A program made the translations under genes and the position numbers. From the NCBI GenBank assembly GCA_964016885.1, contig OZ024740.1, positions 63,674,001-63,738,000 of the forward strand: 64,000 bases of DNA. Reading direction: 5' to 3'. Origin of the DNA: Eledone cirrhosa. Lineage: Eukaryota. How positions within the stretch are numbered: the stretch's first letter is position 1; each line of letters begins with the position of its first letter. Shown here in pieces: positions 43,857-56,631 of this stretch. Below the pieces are notes generated by a model. The model saw nothing but the letters and a program-made list of their open reading frames with translations. It searched no databases and was not told where the DNA came from.

Positions 43857-46800
43857 CTACAGGCTTATGTAAAGAGAAGGCCCATTCACACGGGCCATTC
43901 TCGCCACTTTCACCCACCTTTCATAAAAACGACTGGGGTGGAGCACCTCTCTCTCCATCCTGATCCTTCTTCCGAAATGATATCGGAAGAAACGGACCAG
44001 TTGTTGGCCAGAGAGAAAGGTGCTTGACCTCAGTCCTTTCAGACGCGTCCACCATACAACTTCTTTCACCATGGCTATTACGCACAGAAACACCACCTCT
44101 CCTTCATCTTTGAAGGGGGGAGGCGGCTTGATCATTACAATAGACTCGGTGGTCAACCGGATCGGTCCCACCCTTGACAGCAGTTGTTCGACATAGCCCC
44201 ACAGATCGGCTACGCCCGAGCAGTGTACCAATGCGTGTGCAACGGTTTCCTCGTCGCACACGCATCTGGGACAGATCTTTTTGGCGGGGTCCCTACCCGG
44301 GCGCCCGTGTCTGTAGAGCTTTTTTCGAACGGGTAGAGCCCCTCGGTAGCACTGCCAGGCCAGAGACTTCTGGAAGTTGTCCATAGGTCCCGGGCTGAAT
44401 GTCCTACCGAACAGGCTGGCCAGTTCATCCTCCTCCATGTCTAGGGCTTCTCCGAGGGCGTCGTCGCTGCATACCAGCCCTCTATAGAATGTTGCGGTGG
44501 AGACTCCACTGATAACCGGATCCGCCTGCCAGAGGGTGGTGAGCAACTGGGCACACTCAGTGTGCCAGGCGCCCAGTTTTCTCGGTCTTTGCTTGACCCA
44601 GGATTGCAGCTCGGTGAGTGAGACGAGTCTGGGAAAGGTTCGTCTCACAAACGAGGCCCACGCCGGTTGACCGGTGAGGAATACGTAGAGGTGCCGTAGC
44701 CTTAATGCGTATTTACGCATCATTAGCCCGGCATCCCCAGCCCTCCTTTCGAAGGGTGTTGACAGCAGATGGATCTCCTCACCAAGGGAGCCCGCCTCTT
44801 CCAAAGGAATTGGAAGAGCGCGCGCTCCATCTTGGCGAGGGTTTCCCTTGGGCAGGGCACTACGGTCAGGCGGTAGTAGATGACGGACGCTATATAGGTG
44901 TTCGCCACCTCCGCCCGACCTTTCAGGGATAGTTTGCAACTGGCCCACTTCTGGGTCAGTGCAAACACCCTGTTCGTAACCTCCGCCCAGTTCTTCTCCA
45001 CCTGGAGGTCTGGTGCGAACCAGACCCCAAGCAACTTCACCGGGCCCTCCGTCCAGCGTCCGACGACGCCATCGGTCTGCCCCTCCACGTGCCGAGTTGC
45101 AAACCGATCGACTTGTCCCGGTTCAGCTTAGCCCCTGTGAACCTTTCGTACTCCTCCAGTAAGGTGCCGACCGCCCCGATTTCGGAGGCCGTCGACACCA
45201 TTACTGTCACGTTATCGGCGTAGGCCGACACCGCTTTCCGCAATCCCGGTTCCAAAAGGATGCCCTGCAACAACTCCAACTTCCGCAGTAGTGGCTCGAG
45301 AGTCAACACATACAGAAGGGAGGAGAGAGGGCACCCTTGTCGGATGGACCGCGCGATTTTGAACGGCTCCGAGAGGTAGCCGTTCACCTTGACCCTAGAG
45401 CAGATGCGGCTGCTGTGCATAGCAGTGATCCAGCCCTTGAAAACGGGTCCGAAGCCTGCCGCCGCTAGCACCGCATCCAGGTAACCATGGTCGATCCTAT
45501 CGAACGCCTTAGATTGATCCAAGTTGATCAGAGCCCCACCAAAGCCGGGTTCGTTCCCAACCCTCTCTATGATGTATCGCATGAGGTGGAGGTTGTCATG
45601 GATGGACCTGGACGGGATAGCACATGTCTGCGCATCTCCCACCAGGTTGCCCACGACAAGCGCCAACCTCTTTGCTAGCACCTTGGCCAAAATCTGTAAC
45701 TCTGTATTTAGCAGAGTTATGGGCCTGAAGTTACTTATTTCGTCCCCCTTGTTCTCGTCCTTCCTCACTAGCGTGACTACGCCCTTGGTCACAGTACAGG
45801 GAATTCTCCCGTTCTGTTTCCAGTTGCAGTAGACCGCCTCGAGGAGATCGGGGAACAAGTCCGGCATAGCTAGATATAATTCGTATGGAAGACCATCGAG
45901 ACTCGGGGATTTGCGTTTGCCGCATTGGCTCAGCACGTCCTCTATCTCAGCGGCCGAAATCGGCTCCTCGCAGGACTTCGCCTCCCTGTCCGAGAGACGC
46001 GGCAGGCCGTCGAGGTATGGACCGAAGTCCACATTCCCAACCGGCTCCCCGCCCCTCCCGAACAGTCGGGCAAAGTGCCTTTGAAAGGCCTCACACATCT
46101 GCTTAGGCTCAAGAATCGCCCGTCCATCCTGGTCTCGCAAAGACCGGATGGTGGATTTAGTTCCACTGTTGGCCTCTGTCACGCGGGCCCAGCTAACAGC
46201 TTTGGTCCCCTCGTTCCCTAGAGCACGTATTTTACTTCGGACAACGCAGCCTTCGTGCTTCGCGTCGAAAAACTGGCTCAAAGCCGTTCTCGACGCTAGC
46301 ACTCTGGCCACGTCGCCGCTTCTAATTGCCTCTTCTACTCTATCTATTAGCTCCCTTTCCTTCCTATTCCTATCCGCAGCTAGAACCTTACTAAATTCTA
46401 TCGAGACTACTCTAATCTCTCTCTTTAGAGATACCCACCACCTGCTGTTGACGATCGCTCCAGTCAACCGTTCCTTAACTAACGTACTAATCCGATCCCT
46501 GTAAGCTCTACTTGCCGGCAAGGACAAGTTGAGCTTCCAGTAACCGGGGCCCTGTCTATGCGTTCTATCAAGGTTGACCATGCAGGTCACCAACTTGTGG
46601 TCTGAATAGCCAACCATGAGCATTTCTGGACAACTTAAAAAGTCCCTGTCCTTATTTCTAACTAAAAGTCTATCTAGGTACGACCTAGATGATCCGCTGC
46701 GATTTGACCAAGACCAGGTTGGCACCGTCGGAAAATCTAGTCGAAATCTATCGGCCAGGTCAAATCGGCCGAGTAACCCTTTGAGGCTGTTGCACCCCAC

Positions 46801-47278
46801 TCTATCGGGACATGCCCCTGCATAGTCCCAACTTGCATCCAGGATACCATTCCAGTCCCCCACTAAAAGCAGGGAACGGGACGTCCCTAGAAAAGACTCC
46901 AGACGCTGGAAGAAGTCGGGCCGCTCTGTCCCAAAAGGGGCATATGCGGCTACCAGCCTAAAGGCTCTACCTTCACCACTGCCAAGGTCCAGCACCACCA
47001 GTCGACCCCCTGGGTCCAAGTGAACTATCTGTGTTGCAAGGCCCAGATGTTTTTGCAGCAGAACGACAACCCCACCCCCACCTCCGGGCTGACAGAGAGA
47101 TGCGTGCATCTCAAAGTCGTCAAAGGTGGGGGCTAGCTGCCGCATGCTGCTGATCCGGGCCTCGCAGATAACCATCACATTTATAGATTGTGACCTGAGG
47201 TCATTTAGAAGCATTGCTTGCTTCCAAGATGAGCCCAGGCCACGCGCATTTAGACACCCTACTCTTAGCACAGCCATG
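43857..47278 (-). pseudogene. LINE ORF2 (APE endonuclease, RT, C-terminal Cys motif), frameshifted
   Basis: Motifs LNARGL, GDWN, SYLDR, SDHK, RPITLLN, DQSKAFD, RQGCPLS, YADN (YADD mutated), CPRC..EETVAHALVHC; split over three ORFs. Confidence 0.9.
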
Positions 47279-47461
47279 TTGGTGGTGAAGAGAAAAGGCA
47301 CTTACCTCTCTGCGTCCCGGGAAACGGGCCGCTCAATTTCCATGCTGGTTGGGGATGGGTTGTTGGGTGGGGTGATGGTTTGTGGAAGTGAAGGGGCATC
47401 AGTGTGTTGTAGGGTTGGGGTGTTTGTGGTTGAGTGGGTGTCTGGGTGGAGGGGGGATTTT

Positions 47462-49153
47462 TTAGGAGGACGCGGTTGATTGGTTTGGCGCAGTGGGGAG
47501 GGGGGGCACGTCCTCCGTGAAATTTATTTTCAGTGTTTTGTAAAAGTTCATTGGGACTTTAATCATTTTTAAATGAGGTAGTCCCACACCAGTTATAAAG
47601 TTAGGCCCTTCAGTTTGGACCGAAGTATTTGCTGAAATTGTTTTCAGTAGTTCTTTGTTGTCTGTGTTCATGTATGTATATTGTAAAGTCTTTTTTTGTG
47701 TAGCAGTTAGTGTTGTGTGACAGGGAGGGGTGGTTTGTGTGTAGTTTGTGTTCTCTTGGGGAGGGTTAAAGTTAACATGTGTGTCTGTGGTGCGTCTCCT
47801 CTTCTTTCTTTTTACTTGTTGGAAGGGATCTTTTTCGTCTTGCGACGAAAGGGGTTCGTCTTCCTTGTTGGGTGGGAGGGGTATGTTTTCTGGTAGTATT
47901 TGCGGTGTGTGTGTTTTTGTATTTGTTTTGGGTGGGGAGGGATTGGGTGGGACAGTATTCTGTGTTGTTTTTTCACGTGTTTGTTGTTGTTGTTGTTGTT
48001 GTGGTGGTGGTGGTGGTGTTGTTGGTTTTTGTTGTTGTTGTGGTTGTTTTTGTTGTTGTTGTTGGGGGGTGTTGGTGTTGGTAACAGTGTTTTTTTCTGT
48101 GAGCTGGGGACAGGCAGCCCTCAGGTGACCTCTATTGCCACAGAGGTAACAGGAGGGACGCCTACCCTCCACAATAATGTTGAGGTGGGTACGGTCATCC
48201 AGCATGACGCGCTCAGGGATTTGGGCGATACGTTCTGGCCTTATTTGGGTCAGAACTTCGATACTCGTTCCACTGAACGCGTCGCCGGATGCCTTCCCTA
48301 TTGAAATGAGGTTGGCCTCGTCTAAATTGAGGAAACCGGTTAGTAACCACCAGTAGTTTATGTTTGGGGTGATGGCGGTTATCCATATTCTCTGGGGTTT
48401 TTTACCCATGTAGGTGGGGAAGAAGGTGTAGTGCGTGGAACGAATTGGCGACACAGAGTATTTTTTCGCCGCCAATTCGTCTTTCATCAATATGGATAAA
48501 CTCCCATAGAGTTTATCCTTTTGTATGAAAGTGATGTCTCTCATCGCTTCTTTCAGTACTAACTGAATTTCAGCTTGAGATGGTTGTGCTGGTTTTTTTG
48601 TTTTATTTAAAATTGTACGAAATACGACAGTTCGTAATTCCGTCTGTTTTTTTAGTTCTGGAGGTGAATTTATAGAAAACTAACCGTTTTCGCCAAAAGA
48701 TACATATTTCTTGGCTTTTTGCAGCATTTCTTTTGCTTTTGAAATATCTTCAAGCACATACGTGACTGATAATTTAGCCGTTTGTGCAAAAGATATTTTG
48801 TTTTCGTTGTTGGTGTTTGTATTGTTTTGTTTCTCGTCGTTTGAGTTGTTTTCATCTTTGTTGTTGTTGTTGTCTTTCTCGTTTGGTGTGTGGATACTTG
48901 TGACGTTTGTATTGTTGTTGTTTTTGTTGTCTTTATTGTTGCTGTTGTTGTCGTTGTTGTTGTTGTTGTTTTCAGTTTCTTGTATAGTTGTGGCTACATC
49001 TAGTGGTCGGTCGACAGGTGAAGACAATTCTTCCTCTGGCTGACCTCTGCCTTTGGCATCTGCTGCCGTGACAGTGGCAGGGGTAAGCTGTGAGTATGAC
49101 TTCCCTTTTCTTTCTTTGATTGTTGGTAAAGATGCTTCAGCCATTTTTCTCAA
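47462..49153 (-). pseudogene. LINE ORF1 (gag-like zinc knuckle), frameshifted
   Basis: ORFs 48680..49153 and 47462..48544; motif CYLCGNRGHLRAAC. Confidence 0.75.
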
Positions 49154-50000
49154 AATAAGATTTTTCGAAATTTTTCGAAAGATAAAATGTTTACAACACT
49201 ATTTCGCCTAAAGGCGTAGAATATTTTGAGAGACTGACCAGATCAAAATTTGACCTGGCAGTCCCTCTACAAAATGGTACAAAAATGAAAGTTTACAGTT
49301 CACAATTTCCGGATAAATTTAAACGAAACTTACCGAGCGAGCTCAGCACATGTGTCCAATAGCTAGCAAGCTAGATAGACGGTTGATAAAATATAGTCTA
49401 TGAATATGAATACATTAAGACTAATTTACAATCCATTGCTCTAACTAACTTAAAACATTCCATATAAATAATTAACTAAAATTTAATTCAACATATGTCA
49501 TGGAAAAGACTGCAAAAACTTTGTTTCTCAACACACACAAATTCAAACACTATCAACATACTATATCCACCATAGATTCTAATACATTAACATATTTGCT
49601 TAGAGTGCAGTATTTATCCATCTATATATGCATAATAGCTTTGCTTGTCTCCTTCTCATGTATATGACTAACGCAGTTGCACTCTCCACACGTCTGCATA
49701 TGAATTGTAAATGTACTCTTCCTTTCTCAAAACTATTTTCTCAATGCCTCTTTAATGATTGGACTATTCCCTTGTTTTATCTGGTGCATGTATTCCACTC
49801 CGTGCTTTTGATTTTAATTTAATTTGAATTTGAATTTGAACTTGAATATTTGTACAATTATTGTACAATTCTCGTAAAATATATGTCACATCCATTCCAC
49901 CCTGTAAATACGAAACTGTTGCTCACAACATCAATTTATATGTATCTATATTATTGTTCAGTTGAATAGAAGGTTAATTATATGTACAAACATTGATAAT

Positions 50001-50045
50001 GCTCCGATGATTCCAAACGAGAGTTTGGAAGAAACGATTGTCAGC
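50001..50045 (+). ncRNA. Type I HHR (C4 variant) in pLTR; inverted copy at 41364-41408
   Basis: GCT-CCGATGA-TTCCAAAC-GAGA-GTTTGGAA-GAAAC-GATT-GTC-AGC. Confidence 0.8.
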
Positions 50046-50227
50046 TATTAAATGATTTGAACACAACTTTGATAATTGTATAATTTATTTATTTTCCTGC
50101 TCTGTAAAACAACTGATGTTCATACATTGAGCTATTTCTCTTACTGGTAATAAGGTAATAAGAAATTACTGACCTTCCTGTTTATAGTTGTTTATACTAT
50201 ATACATAACTATAAATAGTATTATTAT

Positions 50228-50335
<108 letters not shown>

Positions 50336-50703
50336 TATATTATATATATATTATATGTATATATTATATATATATATACACATTATCTTTGCCTTTCATC
50401 CTTACGGAGTCGATAAAATAAAGTACCAGTAACGTACTGGGTAATTGCCCGGACTTGTGCCAAAAGTAGAAACTATATATATATATTATATTTATATATA
50501 TTATATATATATATATTATATATTATATGTATATATATATATATATTATATTATACTAGGGGCGGGTCATATTGTTGTAATATGACCCTCCCCAAGTATA
50601 ACAATATTTGTTTCGACACACGATTTCATATCAAAAGCCTCGCAAAACAAATTCATCGCCGTCATATTATCTATATATATAAAACTGTTGTTGTCTATGC
50701 GTG

Positions 50704-50877
<174 letters not shown>

Positions 50878-51644
50878 GCATTTTTGCAAAGTCTATACAA
50901 ATCCAGATTTCTACTCCTACTGCATTTATATATTCCTTGCGGTCTAAAGCTATGAACTGCAGCTTTTATTTTTCAATTTTCTGTTGTTAAAGGGGTGTGA
51001 GGCGCCGGTTATCCATCTCCGTTGCGCTCTTATAATATCTGTCTGTATGCCTGGCTGTCTGCATTACGACATTCTGACGAACATTGATGACGTATTATGT
51101 TCGCTATTTTCTGTTCATTGCCAGGGAACGTCTTCACGAAGCAAAGTATCGTCTTCCTGTTTTCCTTCGGCTGCAACGTTTTTCGAAATATTTACTTCTG
51201 CGTTCACAGATTGATGTTTTTAGTTTCAGAAGATCCCGTTAAGGGTGAAAGCAACGATTCTTTGCTTAAACTTTAATCTGTTATTTTAATCTATATTCAT
51301 TTCATTTCATTTTACGTCCGCTTTTCTCTGCTTGTAAGGGTGGGACGGGAACTGATTCTGGCTTGATTTCTACAGCTGGATGCCCTTCCTAACACCAACC
51401 TCATTTACAGTGAGTGCTGGGTGCTTTTTTGCCGTGGCACCTACACGACCACATTGCAGTGGAATGATAGGGACCCCAGTCCCTATCATCTCATTTCTAC
51501 AGCTGAGTAAACTGGAACAATGTGAAATAAAGTGTCTTGCTCAAGGAAACAACACATCACCCGGTCTGAGAATTGAACTCACAACCTTTCGATTGCAAGG
51601 CCAATGCTCTAACCACTAAGCCATGTGCCTCCATTAAATATATG

Positions 51645-52291
51645 TATATATATAAAACTGAGGAAGGATGTATGTATGTATGTATGTATGTGTGTGTGCG
51701 TGGCGGGGGGGAGAAGTACCCAACCGATTTTTTTCAAACTTTACTTGTATTACTTATGCTTCAGGGAGTGTTATGCACATAAAAAACCCAACTTTTTTTG
51801 TCCCCTAGGTTTCCATTAGGTGAAAAACTGCGTTTTTTTTTCCAGCTTTTTAGGGGTATTTTTGAGGCGTTACGTCAGACCGATTTCCTTGAAATTGTAA
51901 CTATGTATTAGTCAATCTCTTCTTCATACCGTGAGCAAAGAAAATCCAACTTTTTTATAGCCTAGGGCCCGTACTAGGTGAAAAACTTCATTTTTTAATC
52001 TTTTTAGGGCTTTTTTGAGGCGTTACGTCTAGCCGATTTCCCCGAAATGTCAAGGCATATTATGCACATAAAAAAAATTCATTTTCTTGATCTCCTAGGG
52101 CCCACATTAGGTGAAAACCTGCATTTTCCCTGCTTCATTGAAGAAAATCTTAAAGATTATCCAGTCATCAGAGTATTCGGTTTATTTTCTTTACATATTG
52201 TCCAGGCATGCAGTTTTTCCACAATTAGGTCTGTTGGCGGCCCGCGTTCCAAAATATCTTATGCCGTGCAACACTGGGTACCACTGCTAGT
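51645..52291 (+). mobile_element. Non-autonomous Helitron/Helentron-like element; related pieces at about 39945-40235 and 50670-51100
   Basis: 5' tatataaaactg plus microsatellite, internal ccgatttt..aaacttt repeats, 3' gccgtgcaacactgggtacc..CTAGT. Confidence 0.5.
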
Positions 52292-52758
52292 ATTATATAT
52301 ATATTGATTTATTAAAATAACAGATTAAAGTTTAAGCAAAGAATCGCTGCTTTCACCCATAACGGGATCTTCTGAAACTAAAAAAATCAATCTGTGAACG
52401 CAACAGTAAATATTTCGAAAAAAGTTGCAACCAAAGGAAAACAGGAACATGATACTTTGGTTCGTGAAAACGTTCCCTGGCAATGAACGGAATTAGACTC
52501 CAGATATAAGCTGAAAGTGACGTCATATTCCTTCTTAAACCTTACATTTCTATACAATGTTACTGGAGAGGCATTTCCCGGATAGAGGGCAGTCAGCCCG
52601 ATTCCTACAATTACAGTTAGTACTAGCTACAGGGTTGCACATGTTCCTACGGCTAGATAATTTAGCTAAATTTGAAGGGTTCTTATATATTTGATATATA
52701 TTTATCCTTATCGAGCCCTCTTTGGATTTTAGTCTTCAAATTTATTATTATTATTATA

Positions 52759-52802
<44 letters not shown>

Positions 52803-52993
52803 AGGGCGGTGGATTGGCAGTATCGGTAGAGGGTCGGACGCCATGCTTTCCAGCATAGTTACGTCCCTTTACGATCTGAGTTCAAATCCCGCCGAGGTTG
52901 ACTTTGCCTTTCATCCTTACGGGGTCGATAAAATAAAGTACCAGTAATGCACTGGGTAATTGCTGGCCTTTTGCCTAAAGTAGAAACAATTAT
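52803..52993 (+). mobile_element. tRNA-derived SINE family A. Other copies at about 4053-4240 (+), 4290-4482 (-), 5189-5302 (+), 17148-17338 (-), 19002-19195 (+), 22068-22225 (+), 28268-28450 (-), 50388-50473 (+), 57309-57500 (+); diverged copies at about 11100-11230, 56920-57040 and 62165-62300 (-)
   Basis: A box TGGCAGTATCGG, B box GAGTTCAAATCCC, conserved core gcctttcatccttacggggtcgataaaataaagtacc, (ATT)n tail. Confidence 0.85.
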
Positions 52994-53047
52994 TACTATA
53001 TATATATATATTAAGCAGCGATTCTTTGCTTAAACTTTAATCTGTTA

Positions 53048-53082
<35 letters not shown>

Positions 53083-53176
53083 CTCTGATTTATCCAAATT
53101 ATTGAGCCCTCTGCCACACATATCGGATATTGTTTATCGTTAATTCGTGAGCTGTTTTTCCGATTCTCGTATATTC

Positions 53177-53215
<39 letters not shown>

Positions 53216-53599
53216 ATATTATATATACTAGCAAAAAAAGCGCCCGTTTTCTGCTAGCATATGTAGTGTGCATTTTGGTATTATACGCAAATATATATGA
53301 GCAAGACACTTTATTTCACATTGCTCCAGTTTACTCAGCTGTAGAAATGAGATGATAGGGACTGGGGTCCCTATCATTCCACTGCAAAGTGGTCGTGGAG
53401 GTGCCACGGCAAAAAAGCACCCAGCACTCACTGTAAATGAGGTTGGTGTTAGGAAGGGCATCCAGCTGTAGAAATCAAGCCAGAATCAGTTCCCGTCCCA
53501 CCCTTGCAAGCAGGGAAAAATGGACGTAAAATGAAATGATGATGATGATGATGATGATGATATATGCATATAGTTATATGTAAATTGAAAAGTAAATTG

Positions 53600-54250
53600 A
53601 CAATATCTTCTTCGCCCACTTATTTCTGAGAGGGTCATGGGGGCAGAGTCCTTCTCAAACATTGCTTCCAGCGAGTCTGTCAGAAGCAAACATCTCTAAC
53701 TGGTCCAGCTGGATCCCAAAGCATCACCAGCCAAGCTCATGGATGTTATCCAACTATCTTGCTCAGGGTCTACCTCTGGGTCTCTTGACGGTTGGTTTTG
53801 CCTGTAAAATGTGTCCAGCGATTCTTTACTGAGACATTCTAACCACATGCTCATAATATCGGAGTTGTGATCTCTCAATTCGGAGAAGTAGCGGTTCTAC
53901 CAGGAGTGACTCTCTGGTTTCTGAGCTATGCACTTTATCGAGCAAAGTTACTCCAAAGACCCTTCGGAGGAATCCCATTACTGCCACTTTTATTTGCAAA
54001 TGTATTCTTTTGGTCATTACTCAAGATTCATGATCCTCGGTAAGAGTTGGCAGGAATACCACGAAGACAGCGAGTTTGGCTTTTACACCTACCCTGCTTC
54101 ATCTGATTGCTAAATGCTGAGGCTGGCGCATTACTGCATCAGCTTTTGCAATTGTTGCACTTAATTCAGCCTCCTGCATTCCATCCCTCATGAACACGGC
54201 TCCAAGATATTTGAACTTCTCTAACTGCTTCAGTAGAACTCCATATACGT
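53600..54250 (-). mobile_element. RTE-like LINE fragment (related piece at about 19360-19655, plus strand)
   Basis: EKFKYLGAVF...IAKADAVM and ERSQLRYYEHVVRM. Confidence 0.7.
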
Positions 54251-54835
54251 ATATATATAAATGTGAGAGACTTCTGTCCACCCGTCCATCACGCAATGTC
54301 TATGTGTGTGTGTGTGAATGTATATGTGTGTAAAAGGAAGGAAAGGGATATACACATATATATGTCTAACTTAAAAACAGTGACACACACACACGTGTCT
54401 CTAATTCAAGAACGCCGACAAACTCACGCGCGCGCACACACACACTGTCCTATTACCACTTAAGAGCTTTGTATATGTATATGTATGGAGATAGAAAAAA
54501 TGAAATTTCATTTCTCACTCTTAGTACGGCTGGCTGATACTCAAATATAAGTATGTATACGTACATACATATATGTATACAGATGTACAGTAGTATGTAT
54601 ATACATACATACATGCAGACATATATATATGTACGTATGGGTTTACCGAACATTTATTATAAACGAAATTAAACATAATTAAACACAACTCAGCAGTAGG
54701 CCCTGATAGGTTCCCTGCTAGCATCCTGAAGGTGTGTCGACACCAGCATACATCTCCTCTTGCTATGGAGGAACTCACTGGCCGGTGGCTATATACCTGA
54801 AAACATTCTGTCCCAGTATATTGTCCCAGTTTTTA

Positions 54836-56033
54836 AGAGCCCGTCTATTGAGCAAGTTGATCTGCATGAGACAGATAAGATCATGAGAGTTGGGAAGGGG
54901 CTCCTTGAAGGATAATCCCTGTGTGATAATCAAAACCTCACACCCAGGGAAATTGCCCAGTAGTACCGCAGTGAATCCATGGATGAAAACCTGCATGCTT
55001 ATCAGCAAAATATCATGCATGGATAAGTTGCCAGGAAGCTCCAGAGTGAGAATAATATAGATAAGCAAAGTAGTCTATCTTGGACCAACAACCGCTATAT
55101 TGGCTCCCACTTTGAAGGATATGCTTTTGTAAACCAAGAACAGGAAATCAACACAAAATACTTGTTTCATAAAAAATATGCAGGCAAAAGGCCTAGATGT
55201 GACAAGTACAGACTCTGCAGAATTAACATCGAAGATGTCACTCATGTCACGGGCAGCTGTCTAAAGTGGTCATCACGGTACCATCTGCCTATGAGGCATG
55301 GTGTAGTGGCCAAAACACTGTACAATGCAATCCGTAGAAAAGATAGCCCCGACAATAAACACATTAAAAGTTACAGCAATGTGAAAGACATACATATACA
55401 TAATATGAAAGAGTACTGGTGGAATGCTCCAGTAAAAACCCCAATAAAATGCAAGCATAACAGACCAGATATAATGATATGGGACAGGGAAAAGAAGGCA
55501 TGCACAGTAGTGGAAGTTAGCTGCCCAGCAGATGCCAATATAATATTAAAGATTAGCGAAAAGGAGAATATCTATGCAGAACTAATGAGAAATCTATAGA
55601 TACTCCGCCCTGACTATACCTTCAGATTTATACTTGTGATTATTGCGGCACTGGGATATGTTAGTAACTGCCTCAGTACAAATCTTGAGAAGCTAGGCTT
55701 CACAGGAACAGAAAGAACACAACTAGTTAGGAAATTACAAGTACAATCCATTAATGGAACAGTAAAAATATGTAAAACATTCCCACATTTCTCCACCTGA
55801 TAACTCCATGTACATATGTACAGATACAAAGCATATACACATGTACACACATAACTCAAAACATACACCCCCAGACATACAATAACAATTATACCTGCAC
55901 AGACATATCTACCTAGTTGATGTTGTGTAAATCCCAGAGAAATGGGAGAGTCTTGAATCTATGTTAGAAACGGACTCTCTCTATCGGTAAAAAATTGTGA
56001 AATTATAAAGCCAGAAGAACATACATACATACA
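54836..56033 (+). mobile_element. Third R4/Dong-like copy (3' part)
   Basis: ORF 55162..55599 with RLCRINIEDVTHVTGSC and RPDIMIWD; ends gaagaacatacatacat. Confidence 0.85.
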
Positions 56034-56034
56034 T

Positions 56035-56631
56035 GGTGGCTGCCAACTCGTTTTCGAGTACGGCCACTACTTTATATCCATGTAGGAGAACCCCTACCGA
56101 TGCGCTGAACGTGTGTGACTTTTTAGTCCAGCCAGCGACTTGAAAACTCTGGTGCAAACACTACACTTGTGACAATTATTGACACATAGTGCTGGGCCCA
56201 TGGTACCATGTGACGACAAGTGTAGAGATCTCCAGATATAAAGCAATGCCTGTGCCGTGAAGCTTTTATAGTGAACAAAGGCACTGCACAAAGCCAGTCC
56301 CACTCTCTTAACCAAAATATTTACCAAAAAGAACAAGTCAACATTATTGGATACCGTCAGGGTTGCAGGTGTTATATCAGAGTTCGCCTTCTAGAATTCT
56401 GCCTTTACAAAGGCTAAGGGGTCATATCTCCCGGTGATTTTGGATGGCCATTGACTCTTAAGAGCTCCTTTGCCCTTTGACAGGTTTTGTTTTTAGTCCT
56501 GCAGGATGTCCAAAGTCACCCTCCTCACCAAGAAACCTTGGTGGGGTTGCCAGTTTAGTCGCCAACGACCCAACCATAAGACATGTTGTACTGGGATACG
56601 TGTTACCAGTAGCACCAACTGGTGACCTGAC
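56035..56631 (-). mobile_element. Bipartite non-autonomous RTE derivative (5' UTR joined to 3' end)
   Basis: 5' part shared with 545-970; 3' part encodes CSVCTRVFKSLAGLKSHTRS, like RTE C-termini; (CATA)n flanks. Confidence 0.6.

Larger units (their letters stand above)
43616..49378 (-). mobile_element. Full-length Tx1/L1-clade LINE, inactivated
   Basis: ORF1 with CCHC knuckle and ORF2 with APE and RT; 3' AATAAA; 17-bp TSD ACGGTTGAT(C/A)AAATATA at 43599-43615 and 49379-49395. Confidence 0.9.
41319..50222 (+). mobile_element. 5'-truncated PLE (CxCx5C linker, Nematis-like) with inverted pLTR copy at its 5' end, interrupted by a Tx1-like LINE
   Basis: Inverted repeat of about 413 bp at 41319-41731 and 49678-50090 carrying an HHR; ORF remnant with FFNPPFN, CNCRTNRTCPLGNNC and KTYIGST; (TA)n flanks. 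Confidence 0.85.

Noticed and set aside
47748-48304. Plus-strand poly-Cys/Val/Leu ORFs
   Set aside because: Antisense to the Gln/Pro/Thr-rich tract of LINE ORF1.
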